From contig JAXLNO010000565.1 in assembly GCA_038087875.1 (NCBI GenBank), positions 1 through 35,513 on the forward strand: a stretch of DNA of 35,513 nt, written 5' to 3'. The translations under genes and the position numbers were made by a program. Shown here one piece after another: positions 1 through 10,597 of this stretch. Each line of letters begins with the position of its first letter. Position 1 is the first letter of the stretch. Below the pieces are notes generated by a model that did no database searches, was not told where the DNA came from, and was given only the letters and a program-made list of their open reading frames with translations. Origin of the DNA: Malacoraja senta. Its lineage: Eukaryota.

Positions 1-379
1 CCTGCCTAAAGAGATATAACCCTAAAACAAAATACACAAAAACACTAAGGTCAGCCCTTATCCGTCCCAATCCAATATTTGTTAACAAGTAATTGTGAAA
101 GTACACAAAGTTCTATGCCATGTGGCCAGGCCTTCCGCAGCTCACTCCAGCAGTCTGCTCACAAGTCAGGGTCGACGAAGAAGAGAGAGAATCCTGGGAA
201 GGCTCTGGTATTTAAGCTTCAGATGAGTCACCCATCACCTGACGCAGCTTGGCCAATCGGGTACAGGAGCCTTTTAACCCTTTGATTCCAGACTCACAGC
301 CACAAGGCCTGCACTCGGGAAAGAAACAGATAAAGTTAAGTACATAGCATTCACCAGGGGGGGAAGCGCTTAACAACAT

Positions 380-790
380 CCAAAAAATGTCTTGATGTAT
401 TACTGGATTGCATTCTGTGATTAATCATTCACAAGCCTTTTGGACAGAGATTTCTAAAAATTCACCGCCCTCTGAATACATTTCTTCTCAATCCTGAATG
501 GACAATTTCATTTTAGAGTGACCTCGAGCTATGGAAATATATCTCCGCATTTACCTTATCAATCCACGTGAAAATGTTGTACATTTACTTCTCATTCTTC
601 TGAGCCCTCATGGGCATAGGACCAGTATGCTTTATTTCATCTTGCAGAGTAACCCTCCCATGCCAGTAATTAATATGATCAGTCCTCATTGCATTTCAAA
701 CATACCCTTCCTTAAATGGAGAGACCAGGCCTGTACACCAATATTCTAAGTGTGTTCTCACCAGGACCTTGTCTACCTTGAGGCGGACTT
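380..790 (-). mobile_element. Old degraded CR1-type LINE 3' fragment
   Basis: Degenerate resemblance to the cleaner minus-strand CR1 3' end at 5465-5818 (e.g. ...cagagatttctaaaaattcaccgccctctga...tttcttctc). No ORF; boundaries approximate. Confidence 0.45.
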
Positions 791-816
791 CTCAACTACA
801 GTACTTGAATCCTCTT

Positions 817-952
817 GGAGACACAAGAAACTGCAGCAGTTGTCATCTTGAGCAAAACACAAAGTGCTGGAGGAACTCAACGGGTCAGACAACATCTGTG
901 GAGGAAATGGACAGGTGTTGTTTTGGGTCTGGCCCCTTATTCAGACTGACTC
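817..952 (-). repeat. Short Penelope-terminus-derived interspersed repeat
   Basis: acacaaagtgctggaggaactcaacgggtcagacaacatctgtggag...cccttattcagactga matches the same repeat at 6770-6870, 7205-7432, 13565-13690 and the end of the Penelope at 14260-14360. Confidence 0.65.
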
Positions 953-989
953 AAATTCACTTGCCTTCCTTAAATGCGTGAACCTGTAT

Positions 990-1230
990 AGGAGGCAGTG
1001 ACCATAATTTGATAAAATTCAACCTGGAATTTGAGAGGGAGATGACATTGGATGTGTCGGTGTTACAGCTGAGCAAAGGTGACTACAGAGGCATGAAGGA
1101 GGAGCTGGCTAAAGTTGATTGGAAAGGGACCCTAGGAAGAACAACGGTGGAAGAGTAATGGCAGGAATTTCTGGGAATAATTCAAAAGTCACAGCATTTT
1201 TTCATGCCAAAGAGGAATATGAGGTGCAAA
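990..1230 (+). mobile_element. CR1 LINE ORF2 fragment (end of endonuclease / linker)
   Basis: Manual translation gives GGSDHNLIKF...KGDYRGMKEELAKVDWKGTL...*WQEFLGII, typical of CR1 ORF2, with an in-frame stop. Confidence 0.7.
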
Positions 1231-1249
1231 TTAGGGGAAATTCTTGACT

Positions 1250-1386
1250 GAGGAAACTGGTGGAAAGCAACGTGGTCACAGGTAGATCGTGCAAACTCCA
1301 CACAGGCAGAGCCCAAGGTCAGGATCGAACCCGGGTCTCTGGCACTATGAGGAAACATCTCTAGCAACTCTGCCACTGTGTTGTCC
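1250..1386 (-). mobile_element. tRNA-derived SINE head (V-SINE-like)
   Basis: Reverse strand has a B-box-like ggttcgatcc followed by tgtgtggagtttgcacg; similar to 2017-2240, 8098-8400 and 9950-10040. Confidence 0.7.
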
Positions 1387-2016
1387 TTTGCAACTGTTTC
1401 TCGGTGATATCTCACAAAATCTATGTCTCATGGCTCTACATTATTTATAACTGTGAGGTGTTTTAAATCTTTTATGATGAATACCAAAAGAAAATCCCCC
1501 CAGTTTTACAATATTTGCCTGGTCTTGTTTGCAGGTTGCTAACAGTGAGGTGCCAACGTGCAGAAATATTTTCCTTTTGTGTTGAATATTCAATAAAGCT
1601 TTGAAAGTTGAAGGGTTTCTCAATGGAGAAAATACTGAAGATGAGAATTCCCATCCTTCAATTCTGAAGTAGTTTACTGCAGAACGTGGACTGGTGCAGA
1701 TAATTACAATTTGAGGACTTTAACATCATCCTCACGGTGCAGTATTTCTTCAAGTCTCATTTCCTTTCTTCTGCATTCCCATCCCCTCTTCTTTGTCTGA
1801 AGTGCAGTTTATTTTGCTATGTGCATAGACAACCCCAAATACAGGAGATTAAGCTATTTATTTGCTTTTCTGATTGCTGGTTTAGGGAACGAGCATTGAT
1901 CCTGCTCTTTGAATTGTGGCTTCAGACCTAAGCATTCACCTGCCAACTAACTGTAAAATGCAGAGGGCAACGTCAAACACTGTGCGTTACTGACTAATAC
2001 CTTTGACTCCATCAAT

Positions 2017-2242
2017 AGGACGGCACAGTGACACAGCTGGTAGGCATTTGCACGTTCTCCCTGTGACCCAGTGGATACCCTCCGGGTGCTCAAGTTTCCT
2101 CCCGCATCCCAAAGATGTGCGGGTTTGCAGGTTAAATTGTCTCTATAAATAACCTCGTGTGTGTAGGGAGTGGATGTGAAACTGGGATAACATAGAACTA
2201 GTGTGAACAGGTGTTTGACGTTCGGCATGGACTCGGTGGCTG
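2017..2242 (+). mobile_element. V-SINE-like SINE (internally deleted head)
   Basis: ggcacagtg...tttgcacgttctccctgtgacc...ctccgggtgctc...tttcctcccgcatcccaaaga is the characteristic V-SINE central domain. Confidence 0.75.
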
Positions 2243-2408
2243 ACACATGTCGCGTGCTATCCAGTCAGCGGAAAGACAATACATGATTATAATCGAGCCA
2301 TCTACAGGGGCCTGTTTTCAAGCTGTATAACAAAATGCGTGAAGCGTTCTCCTCAAGTATGACTACCCTCGCAACTTGTTTTCATTTTGTATTTGGCACC
2401 TAACGTCT

Positions 2409-3028
2409 TGAGAGGGGGGCAGAGAAAGAGAGATGGGGAGGGAGAGGGGGAAGAGAGGGGGAGAGAGGGGGGAGAGAGGGGAAGAGAGAGGAGAGAGAGG
2501 GGGGCATAGAGATGGGGAGAGAGAGAGGAGAGAGAGAGAGGGGGGCAGAGAGAGGAGAGAGGGGAAGAGGGGAGGGGGAGAGAGGGGAGAGTGAGGTGGG
2601 AGGAAGAGAGGGTGGAGAGAGGGGGGGAGAGAGAGGGGGGAGAGAGAGGGGATGGAGAGAGAGAGGGGGGAGACAGGGGAGTGAGAGGGGGTGAGAGGAG
2701 AGAGAGGGAGAGACAGAGAGGGAGAGAGAGAGGAGAGAGAGAGAGGGGAGAGGGGGGGGAGAGATAGAGGAGGAGAGAGGGGGGGGTGAGAGGTAAGAGA
2801 GTGGAAGAGAGGGGGGAGAGAGAGAGGTAGGAGAGTGAGGTGGGAGGGAGAGAGAGAGGGGAGAGAAAGAGAGGTGGAGAGAGAGGGGAGGGAGTGAGGG
2901 GGAGAGAGAGAGGAGAGAGAGGGGGACAGAGAGAGGAGAGAGAGGGGGAGAGAGAGGCAGCGGGAGGGGGAGGGAGAGGGGGAGAGAGAGAGAGAGAGAG
3001 GGAGAGAGGGGAGAGAGAGGGGGAGAGG
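2409..3028. repeat. ~620 bp imperfect GA-rich polypurine low-complexity tract
   Basis: Almost exclusively G/A on the + strand; explains the Pro/Ser/Leu and Arg/Gly/Glu ORFs. Confidence 0.95.
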
Positions 3029-3261
3029 CAGGGCTGCCAACTCCCATGCATTGAGTGTGAGAATCACGCATTTCACCAAATTCTCACGCTGATCACAAAT
3101 TTCTCACGCTCTGTCATGAGAAATTCTGTGATCAACGAAAATTTCAAAACTCATGGGCCATGGGTGTTGGAAGCAGAAGCAGCGGTGGGGACAGATGTGG
3201 ACGGGGAGCGGGGCTGGTGAGTGTTTGCCGGGCTGGCGAGTCGCTCACTGCAGCTCCGGCC

Positions 3262-3417
3262 ATGGGGCAGCCTCAGTGCAAGAGTCCCGGGCCATCGGAG
3301 GCGTTGGAAGCGTTGCGCCGCTGCCGTGAGAGTCTCTGTGCCAAATTTGCCCAGGTGACCGGCATGGATCAGGCTGCAGCTCGGTGCATCCTGGAGGACA
3401 ACCAGTGGCTGCTGGAA
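3262..3417 (+). pseudogene. TDP2: Isolated first coding exon of a TDP2-like gene (N-terminal UBA-like domain)
   Basis: Kozak gccATGG at 3262. 52 codons ending RRCRESLCAKFAQVTGMDQAAARCILEDNQWLLE, resembling the TDP2 motif LCxEFAxVxxCDxAVAQCFLAENDWEME. Perfect donor GAA|gtaagt at 3418. CpG-rich context. No downstream TDP2 exon recognised in the window. Confidence 0.75.
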
Positions 3418-3517
3418 GTAAGTACCAAGCACTGGGTAGAAACGGTGGAAGATAGTAGATTTCAAATGGGGGTGGTTGGAGAAAGCATTCTGCTTGCCTG
3501 CTAGATTTTCACTTACT

Positions 3518-3888
3518 GCAGGAAAAATGTTCCCGATGTAGGGCGAGTTCAGAACCAGGGGTCGCAGTTTAAGAATAAAGGGTAGGCCAGTTAGGACTGA
3601 GATGAGGACAAACTTTCTTCACGCAGAGAGTTATGAATCTGTGGAATTCTCTGCCACAGAAGGCAGTGCAGGCCAATTCACTGGATGTTTTTAAGAGAGA
3701 GTTACATTTAGTTCTTGGGGCTAACGAAATCAAGGGATATGGGGAAAAAACAGGAAAGAGGTACTGATTGGGGAAAAAACAGGAAAGAGGTACTGATTTT
3801 AGATGAACAGCCAAGATCATATTGAATGGCAGTGCTGGCTCGAAGGGCCGATGGCCTATTCCTGCACCTATTTTCTATGTTTCTATGC
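3518..3888 (+). mobile_element. CR1 LINE 3' end
   Basis: Encodes AGKMFPM..RTRG.SLRIKGRP.RTEMR..FF.QRVMNLWNSLPQKAV; (ttctatgt)-type tail at ~3871-3888; internal 29-bp tandem duplication at 3741-3798. Confidence 0.85.
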
Positions 3889-3957
3889 TAGAGTATCTGG
3901 CAATAAAACTCGATCACTTGATTTTGAAGCATTCATGCATGGTGGAGGTATAATGTA

Positions 3958-4184
3958 GTCATAGAGTGATACAGTGTGAAAACAGGCCCTTCGACGCAAC
4001 TTGCCCACACCCGCTAACATGTCCCAGCTACACTACCTGCTTTTGGTCCATACCCCCAAACCTGTCCTATCCATGTATCAGTCTAACTGTTTCTTAAATG
4101 ATGGGATGGTCCCTGCCTCAACTACCTCCTCTGGCAGCTTGTTGCATACACTCACCACCCTTTGTGTGGAAAAAGTTACCCCTT
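3958..4184 (-). mobile_element. CR1-type LINE 3' fragment
   Basis: agtcatagagtgatacag tail-like start and ctctggcagcttgttgcatacactcaccaccc (reverse of RVVSV.N.LP). Confidence 0.6.
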
Positions 4185-4199
4185 AAAAAGTTACCTCTT

Positions 4200-4422
4200 A
4201 AAAATACTTCATACAAAAAACATTGAAATCATACTTCTACAAAGCACTAAAACATGATTTTAATACATCAAATTTCAAAAAGTCCCTATACTGGGAGGGG
4301 GGACACCCGACTTCCACACCCTCTCCCCACTCGGGTGCTCCACTCCCTCACCGGGTACCACCAAGGCCAGTGATCAGTGATTGCTCAGCCTCCCCACTTT
4401 CAAAAACGCTCCGCGGCCCCTG
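4200..4422. mobile_element. End of a second hAT-like non-autonomous element
   Basis: Ends ...ccgcggCCCCTG. Shares the subterminal block gggagggggg(g)acacc...ccacaccc with 6468-6500. Confidence 0.45.
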
Positions 4423-5464
4423 GTTCAAACGGAGAACACTGCCAAATGTGAGCGGGGAACTGAGGCCAGTTGTCCGTGATGTCTGGATCCCAATCCTCAG
4501 CGCTTCATGTTTCGGAGTTGGCTAATTTTATTGATTTGTAATTATCCTGATTTGTAATTAGTTGACAAAACCTTAATTTATTAATCCGGAATATCCAGGG
4601 GATGGGATTAGTGTAATATTAAAATGACATGCAATGTGTCAGGCTGTCTGTCACAACATACAGCCCTGATAACCTATTATTTCCTTCAATTAAATATTGG
4701 GAAGGTAGCACTATTGTCATTTGTCACTCAATTATTATGTTTGTTTACCTCGCTGACTATTTCTTAGTCAGTGAGGTAACCCCCCCAATTCCTTTGACAG
4801 GTTGAATAGAAATGTCCCCAATCTCGTTGTTTTATTAATTGAACACGTAGACGAATATCCTCAAGGAGTGTAATCAGATGGAAACGGATTCAGATGCGAT
4901 ATTTAAGAGCTTGTTCAAAGAAGGGGCATATTTTTAAGGAGTGACAGAGATACTTGCAGGGGAATGTGTGAGGAGATTATTATTTGTCTTTAGTTTTAGC
5001 TTGAACCAGGACATCTGAAGATTCAAAGTTTAATATAGCAGTTGTGCTGATACTGACCCCCAACTAACCACGTAATGAATATTATCCATTCCGGAGGTTT
5101 TACTTTTATGATGCCATTTAAACTTCACTTGGATTTCAATCACTTCAATGTAAAGGTAATTGGGAATGGGGAGCATTGGAACAAAAATTTGCCCTCAGTA
5201 CATATTAACTGTAATGTAATAATGTATGCATGTTGGTAGGTGCAATCAAATCAAAGATCTTTTTTTATCATTGTTGTATTATGAATACCACAGAAAATAT
5301 GATGTACTCTCAAGATCACATTTAATAGAATAATATTGCTTAAATATATAGTTATTGGATTTTGCATTTCAGAAAAGTCCCAGGTGAGAGGAAGACAGCA
5401 AAATACTGAAAATATTTGGGGTGAAAATGACTTCAGGACAGTTTGTTCCGAAAATGAAAGAAAT

Positions 5465-5818
5465 AGACAATAGACAATAGGTGCAGGACTAGGCCATTCG
5501 GCCCTTCGAGCCAGCACCGTCATTCAATGTGATCATGGCTGATCATCCCCAATCAGTTCCTGCCTTCTCCCCATATCCCCTGACTCCGCTATTTTTAAGA
5601 GCCGTATCTAGCTCTCTCTTGAAAGCATCCAGAGAACCTGCATCCACCGCCCTCTGAGGCAGAGAATTCCACAGACTCACCACTCTCTGTGAGAAAAAGT
5701 GTTTCCTCGTCTCCGTTCTAAATGGCTTACTCCTTATTCTTAAACTGTGGCCCCTGGTTCTGGACTCCCCCAACATCGGGAACATGTTTCCTGCCTCTAG
5801 CGTGTCCAAGCCCTTAAC
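5465..5818 (-). mobile_element. Young CR1 LINE 3' end
   Basis: ORF 5543-5887 contains KGLDTLEAGNMFPMLGESRTRGHSLRI...QRVVSLWNSLPQRAV; (ctattgt)n tail; AAAT on both flanks (5461-5464, 5819-5822). Confidence 0.9.
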
Positions 5819-5864
5819 AAATGGTAACAGAATACTTATACAGCTGAGTGAGTATAATTTTATG

Positions 5865-6015
5865 GATGAGAAATTGTGTTCAACCAATTGATGACTTCTT
5901 TGACAAAGTAACTAGCATATTAGATAACAAGGAAGCCAATGGATGTAGCAAATTTTGTTATCCATAATTTGGGCTGTGAAGTGCCCCATAAAGGATTACT
6001 GCATTAGATAAGCAC
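5865..6015 (+). mobile_element. Degraded CR1 RT fragment
   Basis: Frameshifted C.TN...DFFDKVTSILDNKE.MDV...KVPHKGLL-like motif. Confidence 0.55.
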
Positions 6016-6767
6016 CTGTGGGCTTGAACATAATAGGTTAAGTCCAGGGGGTCAGATATGGGGCTTTATGTGTGGGCCAGATATATTGTCAGTGCAAAGG
6101 GGCTAGGAGCAAGGCCAAGTGTGCATCCAGAGTCAAGGTCTGGAATAGTACTAGGTGTGCAGTCAAAGCTGGGACCAGGGGAGTGTTCAGCATTGGGAAC
6201 CTAAGCAGGTAAGCAGCTATGATCAGGGTAGAATAGGGGGCCAGGTGTAAGGCTGGACTCAGGGACAGTAATGAAAGAAGGTATGCAACTGGAGTCAGGG
6301 TCAGGAGTAGTACCAGGTGTGCAGTGAGACCCAGGTTGGTCAGCATGGGCCAAGTGTTTGATTATAACCTGATATCCATACATGAATACACTAAGATGCA
6401 CCATATGAATACAGTATGCACCATATTGTACAATTTCAAGCTGAAAAATGCAAAAGTTCCATACCAATGGGAGGGGGGACACCTTCCTCCCACACCCCTC
6501 CCCCCCCTCCCCCTAGTCACTACGCTCCCTCGGGCTTGGTCCCTCTCAATTTCTCACTCCCAACTCTCACCCAATGTTGGTAGCCCTGCATCAAGGACAC
6601 TAATTTCCACTGTGCCATGTTTTGGTGCAATGTATTAAGACATCGATGTACTGCAACATGACACCACGCCACTCCAATCTTATGATGGGTCAAACAGCAT
6701 CTGAGAAGCAATAAACATTTCAGATTGAAGACCCATCCTCGGAACCAGGAAGGAGAGAAAACCCAAA

Positions 6768-7022
6768 GGTAGACACAAAAAGCTGGAGTAACTCAGTGGG
6801 TCAGACAGCATCTGTGGAGAAGAGGAGTAGGTAACATTTCGGGTCGAGACCCTTCTTCAGACTGAGAGTCAGGGGAAGGGGAAACAAGAGATATAGACGG
6901 ATAGATAGAGATCTAGAACAAATGAATGAATGATATGCAAAAAAGTAACGATGATAAAGGAAACAGGCCATTGTTATATGTGGGCTAGGAGAAAATGAGT
7001 TACAGACAATGAGACTTAACAA
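6768..7022 (-). repeat. Penelope-terminus-derived repeat
   Basis: agacacaaaaagctggagtaactcag...tttcgggtcgagacccttcttcagactgag; same family as 13565-13690 and 14260-14360. Confidence 0.7.
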
Positions 7023-7206
7023 GAAAACACATTAGTTTTATTTTGCAGAGTAGGTAGGGGGAGGGATAGATAGAACAAAGAACATTTGTGGTAGGGTGAG
7101 GTCAGGGTTGTTGTGAGATAAGTTGTGGAGGACCTTCAGTCAATAAGTTGATAGGATGTCTCGAGTGTGATGATGATACAAGTAAACAAGCATAAAATAT
7201 TAAAAC

Positions 7207-7433
7207 AAGGAACTGCAGATGCTGGTTCACACAGAAGGAGACAAAGTGCTAGAGTAACTCAGCTGGTCAGGAAAGCAATTCTAGAGATCATGTTTAGATG
7301 AGGTGTCTGGTCGGTACCCTTCTTCATACTGAAGATGTGTCTGAAGAAGGGTCCCGACCTGAAACATCATCTATCCATGTTCTCCTGAAAGGCTGCCTGT
7401 CCCACTGAGTTACTCCTGCACTTTTTGTCCTTT
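7207..7433. repeat. Inverted pair of the Penelope-terminus repeat (fold-back)
   Basis: Left arm aaagtgctagagtaactcag...cccttcttcatac is reverse-complementary to right arm gtctgaagaaggg...ctgagttactcctgcacttt; centre near 7334. Confidence 0.75.
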
Positions 7434-8097
7434 AAAACAAAAATCCCTGCCATATATTATAATCAGCATGATATTGAACTAAAGAGTAATTTGGTGTAAC
7501 AGTAGGAAGGCCCAAGTTCAGTTCATAGTGCCCAAGGTTTTTTGAAGTGCTCTCCAAGTTTTTTTTCTTGCATCTATTTGTTCATTCAGGTGATGTTGCA
7601 CCCTACATACAATATCTGGCTGGGACCTTTTCTGATCTGGGAAGCGATTAATCGATCTGTGATTATGCAACCTGCGCAAATCGCCGCTCCCACCAGCTAA
7701 ATATTTTATTAATTAAACAATGCTTGCATCATGTTCTGTGAACATTCAATCTGCAGTCCAGGAAGTTCAAATTCTATGAGTGCTGCACTTTAAATCCATT
7801 TGCACTCTGCTTCACATAGATTCTCAAGCTGTTATCCATGTCAGTCTTGAATATGGTATCATTGGTCACTTCAGATTGAAGACAGAAGGGAAATTCAACT
7901 CATCTTTTTGCATCTCAGATATATTCCCTATGTATTGAGACCAGACCAAAATCTCGCACAGTGCAAGTAAAAAATGGATGAAAATTATTGCAATTGAAAC
8001 TTTTTTTGTAAGAAGTTTAAAGCATTCACTGAGCATACCATAAATTATTGAAAACACTGATATGTGAAAAAATAAATTCTGCCATCTGGATTTCCTT

Positions 8098-8400
8098 TAA
8101 TTTAGTTTAGTTTGGACATGCAGCTTGGATCAGGCCCTTGAGCCCATCGAGTCCATGCCAACCAACGATCACCCATACACTAGTTCTATCCTACACCTTA
8201 GGGAGAATTTACAGAAGCCATTTAATGTACAAACCTGCACATCTTTGAAACCTATACGTCTTTTGAATGTGGGAGGAAACCGGAGCACCCAGAGAAAACC
8301 CACAGTCAGCGGGAGAGCATGTAAACTCAATGCAGACAGCACCCACAGTAATATCAATAGTCTATGACGCTATAAGGCAGCAACTCTACCATTGCGCCAC
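8098..8400 (-). mobile_element. V-SINE-like SINE
   Basis: (tttag)n tail, tgtgggaggaaaccggagcacccagagaaaacccac core, tRNA-like head remnant ending gcgccac. Confidence 0.8.
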
Positions 8401-8401
8401 T

Positions 8402-9052
8402 TGGCGGAATGCGAACTGTAATTGGTCGAGGTTCTTGTCTAGGTAGGAGTTGATGCGCACCATAACCAACCTCTCAGAGCACTTCATCACCACTTAGGTT
8501 AGTGCCACTGGTCGATAGTCATTGAGGCACGTCACCTTACTCTTCTTGGGCACCGGTATTATTGATGCCTTCTTAAAGCAGGTGGGAACTTCAGACCTCA
8601 GAAGTGAGAGGTTGAAAATGTCTGCAAAAACTCCCGGCAGTTGGTCTGCACAGGTCTTGAGAACTCGACCGGGTATATCATCAGGTCCAGGCGCTTACCG
8701 AGGGTTTACCTCCCTGAAGGATCTTCTGACGTCAGCCTCTGTGACTGTAACACCGTCAGGGCGAATGGGGCTCGGGAAGACACATCAGTGTTCTCCCTAT
8801 CGAACCGTGCGTAGAAAGCATTGAGCTCGTCAGGGAGTGATGCTTCGCTGTCGTTTGAGCTGCCTCCTGATTTCGCCTTGTAGAAGGTGATGGCATTCAA
8901 GCCCTGCCACAGTTGCCGAACATCCGTCTCATCCTCCAGCTTAGAGCAGAAGTCCCTTTCGGCCTTTTTGACGGCCTTACCAAGGTCGTATCTGGAGTTA
9001 TAGACCTCTGCATCGCCAGACCTGAATGCCCGGGATCTGGTTTTGAAAAGAA
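8402..9052 (-). mobile_element. Rex1/Babar-type LINE ORF fragment
   Basis: SRYDLGKAVKKAERDF...LWQGLNAIT.YK...SLPDELNAFYARFD followed downstream by [19 protein letters not shown]...LDQLQFAFR; frameshifted. Confidence 0.8.
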
Positions 9053-9099
9053 TGCTGATCTCATGGATCTCCACAGATGCTGCCTGATCCGCTGAGTAA

Positions 9100-9396
9100 A
9101 GGGCCTGTCCCACTGTACGAGGTAATTCAAGAGTTCCCCCGAGTTTCCCTTGATTCGAACTCGGAGAATTACGGTAATAGACGCTCGTAGGTACTCGGGG
9201 CTCTCGTGGAAATTTTTCAACGTGTTGAAAAACCTTCACGAACTTACCGCGTTTTCCTGAGTACCTGCCGTTAGCGTTACGAGCCGCTAAGAGACGTCCC
9301 GAGCTCCGACGTACCCGCTACGTACATTCTACGTACTTACCACGAGTTTGATTTTTTTTTAAACTCGGGAGAGCTCTTGAATTACCTCGTACAGTG
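9100..9396. mobile_element. Harbinger/PIF-like MITE, right terminus truncated
   Basis: TAA|AGGGCCTGTCC start. 9111-9146 and 9361-9396 form a 36-bp inverted repeat with 2 mismatches; the outermost ~11 bp are missing on the right. Confidence 0.75.
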
Positions 9397-9519
9397 TCAC
9401 ATCTTTATTGTGTCTTATCTTTATCTGTGTGCTGCATGGCAAGTCAAATTTCACTACACCAATTGGTGTATGTGACAATAAATGTCCTTGTCCTTACTCC
9501 AGCGCTTTGTGTCTTTTTA

Positions 9520-9935
9520 AACATCATTCTGGGAAACCTCTTCTGCACCCTTTCCAAAACCTCCACATCCATCCCCGACCAGAACTGCATTCAAAACTAA
9601 ATGGACTTTGACTTAACCAAAGTCCTATAAAGCAGCATCACAACTTCCTGACTCTTATACTCAATGCCCCGGCCTATGAAAAAAAGCAAACCATATGTCT
9701 TATTTACCACTCTACTCTGTGAGGTCTTGGGAAGGATGTTTACTCTAATGGGAGAATATATAACCAGGGGTCGGCCCATGTAAGACAGAGAAAAGGTATT
9801 TTTTTTCCTTCTGGATTATTTTGAGAGACCTCTTCCACAAAGGGTGATGGAAACAAAACCTTTGAATTTTCTCAAGGCAGAGATGAAAACTTGACAAGCA
9901 CGGAGTGAGAGGTTATTTGGAGCAGTAAGACTGGG
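9520..9935. mobile_element. Two CR1 fragments in opposite orientation (repeated at ~27890-28320)
   Basis: Minus strand GIEYKSQEVVMLLYRTLV and (in the later copy) DVEVLERVRKRFTRM; plus strand degraded TRG...LPQRVME 3' region. Confidence 0.65.
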
Positions 9936-9949
9936 GAGGTTACAATAAG

Positions 9950-10040
9950 ATACAAACTCCGTGCAGACAGCACCTGTAGTCAGGATTGATCCTGAATCTC
10001 TGGTGCTGTGAGGCAGCATCTCTACTGCTGCGCCACTGTG
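9950..10040 (-). mobile_element. tRNA-SINE head (repeated at ~28333-28423)
   Basis: caaactccgtgcagacagcacctgtagtcaggattgatcc...ctgcgccactgtg; similar to 1290-1386. Confidence 0.65.
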
Positions 10041-10096
10041 ACTCCCTGAAAAAAACAAATAATAATCCTCCTCTGTAATCCACACCCTAGTTCAGT

Positions 10097-10597
10097 TTGG
10101 GGGCTGTTGCGGCGTTCCGGCGGCGGCGACCCGACTTCAGAGCCTCGGAGGCTCGGCCGCGGTCCCAGTGGACGACATCATCGGGAGCTCGCAGGTCACA
10201 GGTTGGTGACCTGTTTTTCCGGAGCTCCCGCAACAACAGCTTCGTCTGCTGGACTGGAGGGCGGCAGCTTCGGCAGCTTCGACCGCCCGGGGCCGCGGAG
10301 TTTGAACCGGCCCGTTCGCGGAGCTCGGATTCAGCCGCGGTACTGACTTACTTAACATCACCCGGCGGGGTCACAACATCGTAAGCCTGGATCACCTCAG
10401 TGCAGAGGGAGAACAAGGAGGGAAGAGACAAGGACTTTAAGACTTTTGCCTTCCATCACAGCGAGGAGGTGACTGGTGGACTCACTGTGGTGGATGTTAA
10501 ATCTGTGTTTATTGTGTGTTTTTGTTATTTTATTCTATGTTATGACTGCAAGGCACGAAATTTCGTTCAGACTGAAAGGTCTGAATGACAATAAAGG
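10097..10597 (+). mobile_element. CpG-rich non-coding retroposon-like element with 3' stem-loop and tgacAATAAA (copies 20351-20617 partial, 28480-28980)
   Basis: GC-rich 5' half. 3' end aaatttcg-TTCAGAC-tgaaag-GTCTGAA-tgacaataaa has the same architecture as the tail at 9445-9482. Confidence 0.55.

Larger units (their letters stand above)
3029..6588. mobile_element. Putative non-autonomous hAT-like element bounded by 13-bp TIRs, with heterogeneous internal sequence
   Basis: CAGGGCTGCCAAC (3029-3041) and GTTGGTAGCCCTG (6576-6588) are 12/13 inverted matches, and both ends carry reiterated TCTCAC-type subterminal motifs. No matching 8-bp TSD (gggagagg vs catcaagg), so the ends may come from different copies. 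Confidence 0.5.

Noticed and set aside
139..330. Exon-like segment on the - strand (ttctttcccgagtgcag acceptor, gtgag donor)
   Set aside because: The best frame contains a TAA and no protein is recognisable.
2353..3220. Long Pro/Ser/Leu and Arg/Gly/Glu ORFs (up to 238 aa)
   Set aside because: Stop-free translations of the GA-rich low-complexity tract.
2305..4422. Alternative element bounded by CAGGGGCC ... GGCCCCTG
   Set aside because: Only an 8-bp match, no TSD (gccatcta vs gttcaaac), and the left site coincides with the end of another repeat fragment; it cannot be supported.
6100..6340. Degenerate ~160-bp-period duplication (gagtcaRggtc...aggtgtgcagt)
   Set aside because: Short diverged local repeat with no coding or structural signal.
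7581..7700. Possible downstream TDP2 exon (ttcattcag|GT GAT GTT GCA CCC TAC...)
   Set aside because: Only a vague resemblance to TDP2, an early stop and no donor.
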